A DNA stretch of 63,601 nt, the filler included, from Phoronis australis (taxonomy: Eukaryota > Animalia > Phoronida), in the NCBI GenBank assembly GCA_002633005.1. It is 10 parts of 10 records of this genome, joined end to end, with 100 filler letters (N's around TTAATTAATTAA, not from the genome) between each part and the next. Parts side by side here need not be neighbours in the genome. Positions count along the whole stretch, not along the records: positions 44,306 to 54,154 come from NMRA01001784.1; positions 54,255 to 58,251 come from NMRA01002753.1; positions 58,352 to 61,780 come from NMRA01003026.1; positions 61,881 to 63,601 come from NMRA01002591.1; 6 more parts are not named here. One strand, given 5' to 3'. Positions 51,401-62,178 of this stretch are shown piece after piece. The notes beneath the pieces are model-generated. The model saw nothing but the letters and a program-made list of their open reading frames with translations. It did no database searches and was not told the DNA's origin. The stretch's first letter is position 1, and every line of letters starts with the position of its first letter. A program made the translations under genes and the position numbers.

Positions 51401-52370
51401 GCATGACACCATCCGAGCAGCACTAAACCACTTTAAAATGAACAGGTGTCTTACCAGGTAAATCATTAACATGTCGGAAGCCAATCCGTGGAAGCTTGTC
51501 TGGAGGGTTTAGGTGTGGCGGTTTGCATCACCAGGGGAACTCCTGATGTGGCGTTGCCTCACCCACTCCCTTCAACATGGTTATGGGTGGTCTACTTAGA
51601 CATTTTTCGGTTAACATGGGCCCAAGTTTGTATGTTCAAAGCTATGCAGATGATATTGTTCTCAGTGTGTCCAGCATCGATTCTGACACATGTCGTTATC
51701 TTGCTCAGAGAGCACTGAATACAGCAGCCACATGGGCTACGTCAGTTGGCTTAGAAAGTAAAGGCACCAAATCAAAGGTGGTTATGTTCACCTGGAAGCT
51801 TAAATGGTCAATGCAGAGTACAGTTAACAAACTTAAATAGCTGCAACGTCAAGCTTGTTTGTGCGTCACTTCTGCTTTTACAGGAACGCCTTCTGCACCT
51901 CTAGAAATGCTAATCGGTTTACCACCACAGCACATGTACCTGGAGGACGAAGCTGCATGTGCAGTGCTTTGTCTCAGATATAACGGTCAGTGAGTAAAAA
52001 CTCACATCCCTGATTCCGTTGCATACACAGGAATGTGTGCAATAAGCTAACGGCCAAAGCTGGGCAACTATGGAACATGCCTAGTGATGTCCAAATCACA
52101 GGTTTAAATCATACAAACATTTTCTTCACGGAAATTGGTGATGAATGTGGTACTGCAGAACAAAAGAGTGAGGTGGTTTGTTACATATTCTAAAATGGAA
52201 AATGGCCAAGCAGATACTGGAATCTATTTTCCAAGCCATCCTATCGCAGATGCAGAAAACTGGATAGCGTTACGCAATTTTGCCACGGTATTCCAGGCTG
52301 ATATCACTGCTATTAATACAGCTGCTCAGATATTTAATCTAAGATTACATGTTCCAAGCAAAACAAAGAT
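45425..52370 (+). mobile_element. Degenerate near-full-length I-group (Loa/Lian-like) LINE with APE endonuclease, RT and RNase H, interrupted by an Academ-like element
   Basis: APE motifs MQEP, CDRDTVAV, CDAN, NKG...TF and SLSDHKYI (~49950-50470). RT motifs TETALHHLV, AFIDLVGAF, RGTP and VQSYADDIV (~51100-51700). RNase H motif ATVFQADITAI (~52290). Many stops and frameshifts; the 5' boundary is approximate. Confidence 0.8.
46825..49336 (+). mobile_element. Internally deleted Academ-like DNA transposon (~2.5 kb)
   Basis: Perfect 16-bp TIR TAGTCGGTGGGCCAGA...TCTGGCCCACCGACTA plus subterminal inverted similarity (TTGTGAGTACTTT.GGGGGGCAA). 3-bp TSD CTT. Coding remnants EAKYHRSSCY (~47893) and a Cys-rich tail CKCKKNMCAGK...CTEMCSCDNCSN (48333-48602). 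Confidence 0.8.
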
Positions 52371-53070
52371 TTAACATAAAGATTCATTCCTGTTGTTTTT
52401 ACACATAGAGGGTTTGTGTCATCTCCACGCCTACCGATAGGTGCTGACAATCCATCTCGATGATATGTTACGTCACTTGAACTTGTGAAGTATCTGGGTA
52501 TCAGTTGCAGTTCAGTTTGCAAGTTGGGAAATCAAGAGCCACTCAGACAAAGAGCTTTAAAGTTGCCGGGTTGCTAGACTTGCCATAGATTACGATATTA
52601 TGAGACATACTTTTACTCCCATCTAGAAAGTGCAAAAAAGCACCAACGGAATAAAATTGTTCTTGTAAAGAAAATATCTGTGAAAATTATTTAGAAAAAA
52701 TAAAGAAATGTTCTAAACCTGTGTCAAATCCTTTCATGCTTCAGCAAGTTACTTTTTAACTGTTAATTTTCAATCCCTAAAAGTAATAATTCATGCGTTA
52801 AGCCGTGGCTGCCAGTTATTGTGAGATCGTCGTTTTTGTTTTTAACATTAAGTTTATTATATTTAAACAATATATTCTTACTGTCAATACGTAAGGAATT
52901 CTGTTGCAATGACCCCCAAACAAATCAATTCAAAAAAAGTCCCAAGACTTTTCGCCACCTGCCATCTCTGTGATAACTTAGGATATCAAAGTTCACTCCA
53001 AAATGCTTTTAATAAATGTTTATTTGTTTATTTTCCATTGCTTGTATGTCTCATACATTTCGTAACGCAG

Positions 53071-53203
53071 GATTTCCCAAAACAAGTGCAAGGATTGGAC
53101 TACTTGTTCAGGCGTTTGTGGCGAAAGGATATGAGTAAAACTATCAAGACAGACCGATGTGTAGGAACAGATCTTAACCGAAACTTTGGACATCACTGGA
53201 ACG
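53071..53203 (+). CDS. M14A carboxypeptidase, exon with the WRK and GxDLNRNF motifs
   Basis: CGCAG acceptor (phase 0), DFPKQVQGLDYLFRRLWRKDMSKTIKTDRCVGTDLNRNFGHHWN, GTAATT donor (phase 1). Confidence 0.88.
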
Positions 53204-53531
53204 GTAATTATATGGACAAGCGTTTGCATATCATACACGTACATCTAAGTCTGCAGCTATGTCATTTTACCTGTGCACAGATTACGGAGGTTGACAGGGA
53301 CAAAGGTTTATTCGGAACAAACCATTTATGCTTACGCATAATTAATTGGTGCTTTTTAACCTGTACGCATTCTTGCTAAATAATGCTCGTGTTTGTCAGC
53401 GGAGGCACTTATACAGCAGTAGTGTCAGTGTCTAATAGAACTTGCGTTAAATGTTCTTAAATTTTTTCTTAGATTTTTGTTTCAGTACCACACAATGAGG
53501 CCAATCGTTTGACTTCGAAGGTTTTTTCCAG

Positions 53532-53752
53532 AGTCCACATTCCCGCCGTGTTTAAATCCGTGCATCGAGTGCTACATCGGAGATGCCGCATTTTCATCGA
53601 TGGCGTCGGCGAACCTCGCACGTCACTTGCTAAACCAGAAGTTTCTTCACAAATTAAAACTAGGTGCTTACTTATCGTTTCACACCTACGGACAACTAAT
53701 GCTGGTTCCCTGGGGATTCACACCGGTGCCTCCAGAGGACAACGAACGTTTG
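53532..53752 (+). CDS. M14A carboxypeptidase, exon with the third zinc ligand (SFHTYGQ)
   Basis: TTTTTTCCAG acceptor, phase-compatible with the previous exon. Reads (E)STFPPCLNPCIECYIGDAAFSSMASANLARHLL...AYLSFHTYGQLMLVPWGFTPVPPEDNERL, then a GTAAAT donor. Confidence 0.88.
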
Positions 53753-54504
53753 GTAAATACACATGAAAGCTATCAGTTTACAGTACCTTCTTTGGCAGTA
53801 AACATTGTAAAAATGGCAACAACAAATATTAGCTGAATTACTGTAACTTGACAGTCATATTCGAAGCTAGTCGTCGTTGACCGTAAACTGAGAGATCCCA
53901 AAGAAGCAATATCATAATTTCCCTACTTACACGCACTGGTTGCTCTAAGAGAAATATGCGTTTCACTATTAAGCCTCCGGAGTAATCCAAAAATCGGGTT
54001 GTTAATATTACTGTAACTATAGAACTCTACCGAAAGATCTCGCACTGATGAACACGAGTAAAGTTTAAATAAAGACAACGACTTTTCTAAAATGTTTCTG
54101 CGGTAAGACATCCACCATTGGCATGCTTCATTCTGAGAATGGATGCCAGGATGGNNNNNNNNNNNNNNNNNNNNNNNNNNNNNNNNNNNNNNNNNNNNTT
54201 AATTAATTAANNNNNNNNNNNNNNNNNNNNNNNNNNNNNNNNNNNNNNNNNNNNATCCGCCTATGGTTCCAGTCTTATTGCCCCTTTAAAGGCAGTTCGC
54301 CGATAAGGCCACCGCCACCGGTTTAGCAACTGTGTTCACTTACCGCAATTCTTTTCGTCACTCCCGTCTGAACAATCTAAGTCTCCGTCACAAACAAGAT
54401 CTTCATGGATACATTCCCCACTGTAACACGTGTACTGGTGAGCATGGCAACCTATCAACGACAAAGGATTAGTTAGTGTCGCTGTCTATTCTATATGGAG
54501 TTAA

Positions 54505-56160
54505 AGGAGAATGCCACCCGATTTAATTAGTCTTTTTTACCGTCTTAATCGGTCTATATCCACATCGCCTCTTATACGGTCGACCTCACCTTGCCGAGAG
54601 GTGTCGCGTTAACCTGTGAGGAAGGTGAGAAACGACGCAGCGACGTCAGTGCTTCATCTGCAGAGTGAATGCCGATATATTGCGGTGCATCGTTCCCGCT
54701 TGTCCGAATTACGAAGCTGCGAAGAAAGCGGGTATATTGTTTTTTTGACTTCCTCGGGAGCCTGAAATGCTTAGGAAATGGCTCGCAGTAGTGAAGAATG
54801 AAAGGTACGCGCTGTTAATAGCAAGTATGAGGCCGTGAAACATTTCAGTGTCTGCGGCCGGCATTTCGTCGACAGTGATTTCTCTGACAAATTTCGGCTT
54901 ACCAAAGAACTATCCATACGTTTTCGTTGCCTGTGCATGTTCACGGCGCCTCTCTAGTATTTCTTGATCAGTGTATTCCGGTTCGCTGAACTGATAGCCT
55001 GTGAAACATAACGATCCGACCCGTGAAGTCTTCGTCGGATGAGCTCTTGCCGACCAAGTCGGGATTGGGGCCAGGCGAGTTGCCATGTAGACGTTTATTA
55101 TTCTGCGTTCTGTTTCAAAATGAATTATTCTCATCCTAACCAATGCTTATATAAAACTAAAAAAGTCTGTCTCATTAGATACAATTTGTGATGCCTTTAC
55201 AGTATTCGTGAGTGCAAATGTTGAGAAACCAGCAATGGATAAACCACTGCGTTACCGACCGGCTTTTGATGCCGGCAATAAAGGTAATTGACCGGGCACC
55301 GAGGCCGTGTGAGTGCATGCTAATTCAGTGTTTGTTGACAGAAAGCTGTTGTGAAACAATTACTCGATTTTATATGTTATAGTCACATGCTAGGGGAATC
55401 TTTATTTAGAAATACAAATACATTATTCAAATCATTGTTACTGTACAACCTTTGCCCTGACGGTCCGTGGAAGAGGAACCCGACTTCGCGGCCCCCGACA
55501 AGTAAGTAGATTTTCAGTTTCGTGGCTAATTCACATAAATAATTAGGTGCACAGTTCTTTGGCTCACTATTATAGGCTTTTCGTGACTGGATGTTTAGTT
55601 TCCAACTCAAGCTGGTTTATGTTCGTGCCAGTCCCGGCGGCCGCGACGGGCCTGATCGGGTTCCGAGCCACTCGCCGGGATAACAAGCGTTTTGTGTGTT
55701 TAGAAATCAAAAAGTCACAAGTATAAACAACACAGATCTAGGTTCTCCTGTCTGTATTTCACGGAAGAATACTTCGAACTTAACTCCGAACAGACCCCAA
55801 ACTCCTTCCATGGACTTTGGTAAATTGGCCTGCTGAACTTTGTAGGCTACGGTGTGTCTAAATACCAATAAATCCGTAACAGCGAAATAAAACAACACGT
55901 TTTTATAAGAACTCGGGTTTTACATCGAAGTTTGATGATTTATTAGTGTTAAACGATGAATTCAAGCAATAAGCTGACACCAGTAACCCGTGTTGTGAAC
56001 TGCTGAACAGACTGAGTGTGAAACCAATGACGTCATTGGATAATTTCAACTCCTACGTCTGCCGTAAGGTGTCAGGTAACGCAACCGAACGAGCCGTTAT
56101 CGAGAAGAACTACTCGATCTAAATTGATAAAAATAGGTTGTTTTTGGGTGGCATTCTCCT
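54505..56160 (+). mobile_element. Kolobok-type non-autonomous DNA transposon, family A copy 4
   Basis: TTAA|AGGAGAATGCCACCC...GGGTGGCATTCTCCT|ATAA. THAP remnant RCIVPACPNY...W...VCGRHFVDSDF on +, and GYQFSEPEYTDQEILERRRE on -. Confidence 0.88.
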
Positions 56161-56580
56161 ATAAGACCACAGTTCCAGTGGTTAATTCAGACGTTATCAT
56201 AGTTGGCCTGGGTAAATAAAAGCTTTTGTTTTCACCCTTTCTCAAGGCACCTGAAAAGACATAACTCATAGAGAGCACTTTCGATGACGTTTCTCAAAGC
56301 CATGACTTTTTGCACTGCTAAGTCCACAAAAAAATGAAATGCCAAAAATGACCAAAAATTTCGATTCTGGCCTTTCTGTGCATAAAGTCACAATGTCACG
56401 ACTACCCCGATGCATGAAATGAAACAATGCTCTTCCACTAAAGATTCCAGAAATTTAGATAATAATTTGTCATTACCAACCAGATTTTTGAAAGCTTCCA
56501 CTTATCTGAAGGATGCCTGTATTCGCGCCAAAAATTAAACACTGAACAAGCTAGGATGTCCCGTTGTACATCTTTTTCTC

Positions 56581-56647
56581 AACGAAAATCGTGAAAATTA
56601 TATTATTTTAATATTATTTTAATAATTTAATATTCACGATTTTCGTT
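56581..56647. repeat. AT-rich inverted repeat (hairpin/cruciform)
   Basis: Perfect 15-bp arms AACGAAAATCGTGAA / TTCACGATTTTCGTT around an A/T-only spacer. Confidence 0.7.
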
Positions 56648-56922
56648 AAACTTTAAAGTTCAGTACCAAGTCCACTGAAGCTCAAAGGCATTAGACGTAT
56701 TTACTGACGTCTTGGGAATCGTCGCCGTTACGTTTGGCTTTCACTAGTGCAGCATCCGACACTCCACCCTCTGATTAGCATTTCTCTGTTGTTTTTAACC
56801 TTGAACTCGCACTTGATCTCAAGATTATGTATCCGGCGTTCACTCAGTCTATCAGTGACAGAAGAGATCGGTTTTCCTGGTTTCGCCTCTTGTTAACGCG
56901 CAATGACTGCGTACCACGTTAA

Positions 56923-57926
56923 AGGCGAAGGCAACCTTTTTCCATGTTATTTTGAGCTAAAATAAGGTTGGTTGGTTATCCTAGACATATTTTCCACTTA
57001 ATTACAGCTTTTCGTAATTTTATAAATTACTCGTCCGCTACTCCGGAAGTGACGTTTTAGGAGGCAAGCGTTTCCCGCCACTTGGTTTTGCGTTGACCTT
57101 ACCGTGCGAATCTGTTCTATTCTACTTTTGTTTTGTGCTGTTTTTCAACAATTGTCGCCACCACTTTCCATCGGCGAGTATTCTGCGGCAAGATAGGTTA
57201 GTAGAGAACTCAACTATGTTGGATTTAGGGATTGTTTAGTGTGTTGTAAGCTGAAAATGGCTGGAGTCGGTGACCGTATCACAGTGACAGTAGTGTGAGT
57301 GACAGAGACCTTGTTCATAGCAGTGGTGACGAGGAATTTTTTCACGGACATTCAGTGGGTGGGTACATGTTTGAGCCCGAGTATAACGAGGCAGAGTATG
57401 CACAGGCACAGGCAGCTGTTTAGAGAAACGAGGCAGCTACTGAGGACAGACGTGGTGACACATATTGGTGCAACTGCACTGTGTGCGTTGTTGAGCCTAC
57501 CTCAATGGAATGCGAGGCCAAGCCACTACTGGACATGGTTAAGTGGACCTCCGGCATACCACGGACAGAGGAACAACTGTCCCACTTGCCAGAGTGTCCC
57601 GTGACACACTCCCACTGGATGGTAACCTGAGCACTCAAACTGCTTACATCGTGTCATGTGACTCCCTCGCCACACACCTTCTAAGTATCTCCAACACTTT
57701 AGACAAGTCCACAATAAACTTATCAAAGTTTGGCTCACCGATCTGTTCACTGGACGACGAACTGTCCTCTTCACTGGGTGTCGAACTGAGCCTGTAATCA
57801 CTCCCACTACTCAATATCGCTGCAGGGCTGCGTAGAGGCTCTGGGCTGGAGAAAACAGCACAAGGCGAATCACCACTGGTTCCAGGAATTGCACGCTCTG
57901 GGGTACGTTCAGAAGCACGGGTGACA
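56923..57926 (+). mobile_element. Kolobok-type element family B, KolX-side half with a transposase fragment
   Basis: Starts TTAA|AGGCGAAGGCAACC, and the first ~160 bp are the reverse complement of 34108-34265. On +: GYMFEPEYNEAEY...RRGDTYWCNCTVCVVEPTSMEC (KolX/P2X7-ballast N-half). On -: KFIVDLSKVLEILRRC...GTVVPLSVVC (Kolobok transposase-like N-terminal region). Confidence 0.75.
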
Positions 57927-59204
57927 CAGGGCTTGGAATTTTCCGCGGAAACGCGGATTTCCGCTTTTTTCAAATGTTCTTTCCGCGTATTTTATTATAT
58001 TTCCGCGTAAAAAAAAAATCGGATTTGATATAAAATTTCCGCGGCAAATGTCTTTCTTACCGCTGCGTTGCCAACGACTTTCACCTCGAAAAGCGGAAGT
58101 TGCTCTTTATGTTTCGGAGGAACGTAAATTGTCAACATTGCCGGGGCATCTGGGATAGCATGGTGGATTTCCTCAATGGCGGCATGGCGGCTCGTATGAT
58201 TGTAAACCGCGGTGACAAATACTACGACTCTCAAAAAATGTTGGGAGGGGGNNNNNNNNNNNNNNNNNNNNNNNNNNNNNNNNNNNNNNNNNNNNTTAAT
58301 TAATTAANNNNNNNNNNNNNNNNNNNNNNNNNNNNNNNNNNNNNNNNNNNNCGAATTATTTTACAGTAAATTTCCCATTCATGTGATCTTACACTAAGCT
58401 AAAAAAATAGTTGAAATAATTTTGAAATGGTTTTTTGTTTGACTGTCAACTGCTGTTCAAGACTTGATTCGGTGTCACAAAATGACTCATATTTTTCTAA
58501 ATTTTAAGTCTCAATTGTTTTCAAGTCACGTTTTGTAACTTATTGCTTCTTAATTCAGGTTATCAAGTCAACAATATGAATAATCTTAACTTGAGAAATA
58601 AGCTATGTTGGATTGTGCAGCTTCAAGCCTCTAATTCTTGTTCCTTGCAACTTCATATTTTTTTAAATGATGCTTGTCAAATTCTGGTTGAAGGAAACAC
58701 TATTCCGTCACCATGGTAATAGTTACATGTATGTCCACTTTCATATCATGGAAACTGTTGCTGTTGAATAGTGTTTGTAATGCTAAATGTTGTAAAGTAT
58801 TGTGCATTTTAAGTTACTTATTATGTTAAAAGTTTGATTCATTTTGGGATAATGAATAAAAAATGATAGCATGTTGTATTGGACTTGTCATACTTATGTG
58901 CTCGAACGAGCCCCCTTTTTGGAGAACTGGAAAAAGGTATGCATCAGTCACAGAAGCAATAATTCCGAAAAAATAGAAAACGAGAAATATTCCACTAGAA
59001 GACAGGAAGTACCAAAACTTAGAGTCTGCAATTCATAGCTGTGAACATACCCACTGAATCTTATAGTAAAAGATAGACATTCCCAAAAATTCCAGCCCCC
59101 CATTCTTCTAGGCTTGGTGCGCTCATACAAAGTCTAGGAAAATCTCTATTGAAAGCCAACAACTTTGCACAGTTCGCCAGAAGTACCAAAGTTCTAAATA
59201 AACC

Positions 59205-59869
59205 TCGCCTAAGGATAGCCTTTGCGCAAAGCTGTATAGGCCTACTAACAAGCTGTATTTTGACGATAGTCTTCACTGGTAGCTGGTGACTGAGGCTAAC
59301 TAAGGTCTGCCGCGGCAGTGTGACACAGGACTAACCAGCCCGTAATTTCATGCAAGTGTCAGAAACTACCCTTGAATATATTCAGCATTTATGNGATTTG
59401 ACCATTTTACTTCGACAAAACAGCTTGCAACCGCATGCATTTACCGTTCGCCAGTGTCTGGTCTCGATCCGCACCGGTTCCGATAGGCTGCGGTCCTGAG
59501 TCTGGCAAAATAATTTCTGTCAAAATTTATTCGCCACATTTCTTCAGCAATTTCGATAAAATTATCCGTAGTTTGATTTTATGAAAATTAAGGCGCGCTG
59601 TCGATTATTTTTTCCCCGTTTGCAGGCTGGTAACAGGCACTCACACTGACGGCGTTTTCTTAGCCTGGGTTCCTGAATGAATTATACTTCCGGGTTCGCG
59701 GCAAGTTCAAAATGGCGGTGGTTCTTCGGGTGCGAATCGTGAGTGGCGCGTTCATTTAAACTTTTTTTCGAGTACAGATCGTGTGTTAGTTATGGGGTAG
59801 GTACTTCTTGGATCCTTATAACATCCTCTAACCATGTAATAAGGGTTAACAACGCGTGAAAGATGGACT
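59205..59869 (-). mobile_element. Inverted copy of dispersed repeat family D
   Basis: Ends AGATGGACT|TTAA. The reverse complement aligns along 42303-43110 apart from the nested MITE. Confidence 0.78.
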
Positions 59870-60639
59870 TTAACTTTTATAATCGTTTAAGCCATCATGT
59901 AACTATTGTGAAAATGGTGACACACTGAGTAAGAATTGCGATCTTGTTCATTAACCATGAAGTCTCTCACAGTTTACTCTAGCATACATCCGGAACTTTG
60001 ACTTGTAACGGAAAATGATTACTTTAGAGTGCTCACATTTTGGCTGTCAATGTTTTGCAACTACATGTAGTAAAGTACAAAGTCATGGTTTCCGTGTGTT
60101 TACCCAATATGTACGTGTATTTGACGAGTATTGCTCAAGGCCTGTTGCACGATTTAGATGCATTATGTAGAGTTCCCTACCATATTCTGAGATTTAATGT
60201 TCAGCCTTTCGAAATGCTTATTTTGACTCGTTAATATAAATGTATACATGAAATTTACCTTTGTCTTATTTAAGCTGTCCCAAAAATCAGAACCAACCAT
60301 CCGATCAAGTTGAGGACTTTTTTCTAAACCTTTTCTAGCACAGATGTTCGACACTGAGATGGGAATGTGTGACGTTAACCAACAAAAAATACATAAGTAG
60401 GCCCCTACTTTGACTAGGCAGCTCCCAATTTTTCTCGATAATGATTGGTCATAAGGATGACGTCGAATGACATAGCAACGAAGCCTGGCCCTAAGAACTG
60501 TATTTTTTCAATGAAATAATACCAAAGTATCAGTACATGACGAGATCAATCAAAACGAAAAATCAAATCATCATTCACTACAGAACACAGGGCACCTCCT
60601 GAGAGCAAAAAAGCACAAAGCCGTCACGCTATAATCAAG

Positions 60640-61600
60640 CAAACTCAACTCTAATACCTGACTTGAGGCGACCAAAAATTCACAAGTGATTGTGCCAGTA
60701 CGCACAAGCATCCTATCAAAAAGAACTTGTTCCTGAGATACCAAATGGCATTTTTGAGTTCACAAGAAAGAAGTAAAAACACTATTATAAGACCCACTCT
60801 AATACTTAAAATTAAGCAAAAAAGAATGTTGCGCTTCGTCAACTCAACAGGTTTTCTAAATTTAGCAGTTAATAGTGTCCTTTCACACAAGGGAAACGAC
60901 AACGCTGCCAAAGAAGAGATGACGTACAGTTTCATCATCAGCAGTACAAAGACTACACTCAGAATCAGCACAGATGCCGTGACGATACAACTCGGACTTG
61001 ACGGGTAAGATGTCGTTGACAATCTTCCAAGCTACGTCTTTCGACTTTCCCTCGATGGCCAGGTTACGTCAAGTGTTCCACTCAATACTAGCATCAACAA
61101 GCAAAACGGTAACGGAACTAACCTACTCTCTCCGTGCACCAATAAAGAGTGTTGGTGGTGACAATAAAAACAAACTGAGGATAAGTTTCCGCAAACTTTC
61201 TATACACAGCGAGTAAATTAGAATAAAATATAGGAACGAAACCCAAATGGGGAAAAGCATTGGAAGCAAGCCCGGGTCAAATGGAACGAAAAGACAACCC
61301 CATTCAGCGGTTTGTGAAATACTTCCACTTGAAATGATCAGGTTAATACAGATACCGAAGCAAATGTATCAATCTAAAAGCTTTGAGCTACGTTACAACG
61401 AATCCATAGCCATAGCATTGGCGCCAATTTGTGCAAAAATATCAAACTGCATATTCAACTTCCTTTAATAAAATCAACCCCAATTGTAAGACAATTCAAA
61501 CCAATCTTGGGTATTCAATGCTTTGACATCAATTCAACCCACACTCGTCGATTACATACAGTGAAATAAATGCTGTTGCACCTTTCACTTTATGGATGTA
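60640..61600 (-). mobile_element. Tx1/L1-clade LINE ORF2 C-terminal fragment (zf-RVT region)
   Basis: The minus strand reads KDVAWKIVNDILPVKSELYRHGICADSECSLCTADDETVRHLFF, then ELKNAIWYLRNKFFL, matching the W....LP / C..C....ET..HLF / IW..RN motifs. Confidence 0.78.
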
Positions 61601-61605
61601 ACCAG

Positions 61606-61705
61606 CCTCCCGTTCAGTAACGCTGGGACCTCGCTAAAAAGCAAGACTTCTCTAGATTACGTCAGATGTTACCGTGTATTTTAAATACGAACACGTGACT
61701 TTGAC
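61606..61705 (+). mobile_element. Partial copy of the CGTTCAGTAACGCT MITE
   Basis: CAG|CCTCCCGTTCAGTAACGCT...CACGTGACTTTGACT matches 42932-43032. Confidence 0.7.
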
Positions 61706-61780
61706 TCCAAAACAGACATTGCCAACTATCGCCCCATAACTCTACTTAACACCTTATCCAAAATTTTAGAAAAAATCATT
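61706..61780 (+). mobile_element. CR1/L2-group LINE RT start, cut by a gap
   Basis: KTDIANYRPITLLNTLSKILEKII. Confidence 0.75.
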
Positions 61781-61884
61781 NNNNNNNNNNNNNNNNNNNN
61801 NNNNNNNNNNNNNNNNNNNNNNNNTTAATTAATTAANNNNNNNNNNNNNNNNNNNNNNNNNNNNNNNNNNNNNNNNNNNNATAT

Positions 61885-62178
61885 TTTGTTCTCTGGCTCG
61901 TATTTATTTTCGAGTACGATTTCAAGCACACTGCCATACCAAACTTGAAATTTGAGCATAGACTCCAAATTTTTACTCAAAATCGTACTCGAAATATAGA
62001 TGAGATACACTTCAGTTCGAGTACACTCGAAAACTGAGTACGTGCTCGAAATTTCGAGTACAGATTTTTCGAGTATGACATTGAATACACCAAAGCTGAG
62101 TCTGTACTCGAGTTGAGTATGAAGTGTGAGTTTGAGCATGATTCGAGTCTGAGTACGGAGATTGGAGACCGGGCCCTG
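61885..62178 (-). repeat. MITE-like end with many TACTCGA/TCGAGTA subterminal motifs
   Basis: More than eight copies of (G)TACTCGA or its complement, terminating in GAGACCGGGCCCTGG. The other end lies in the gap. Confidence 0.45.

Noticed and set aside
52909-53379. 156-aa ORF as a standalone gene
   Set aside because: Only 53071-53203 is carboxypeptidase-like and splice-bounded; the rest is intron read-through.
57927-58250. hAT/CGGBP-like transposon start (CAGGGCTTGGAA..., PNDFHLEKRKLL)
   Set aside because: The similarity is too short and the other end is lost in a gap, so it cannot be supported.
21071-61880. Recurrent TTAATTAATTAA motif
   Set aside because: It is always centred in a 100-nt N block, so it is an artificial scaffolding linker and not a biological repeat or Kolobok target.
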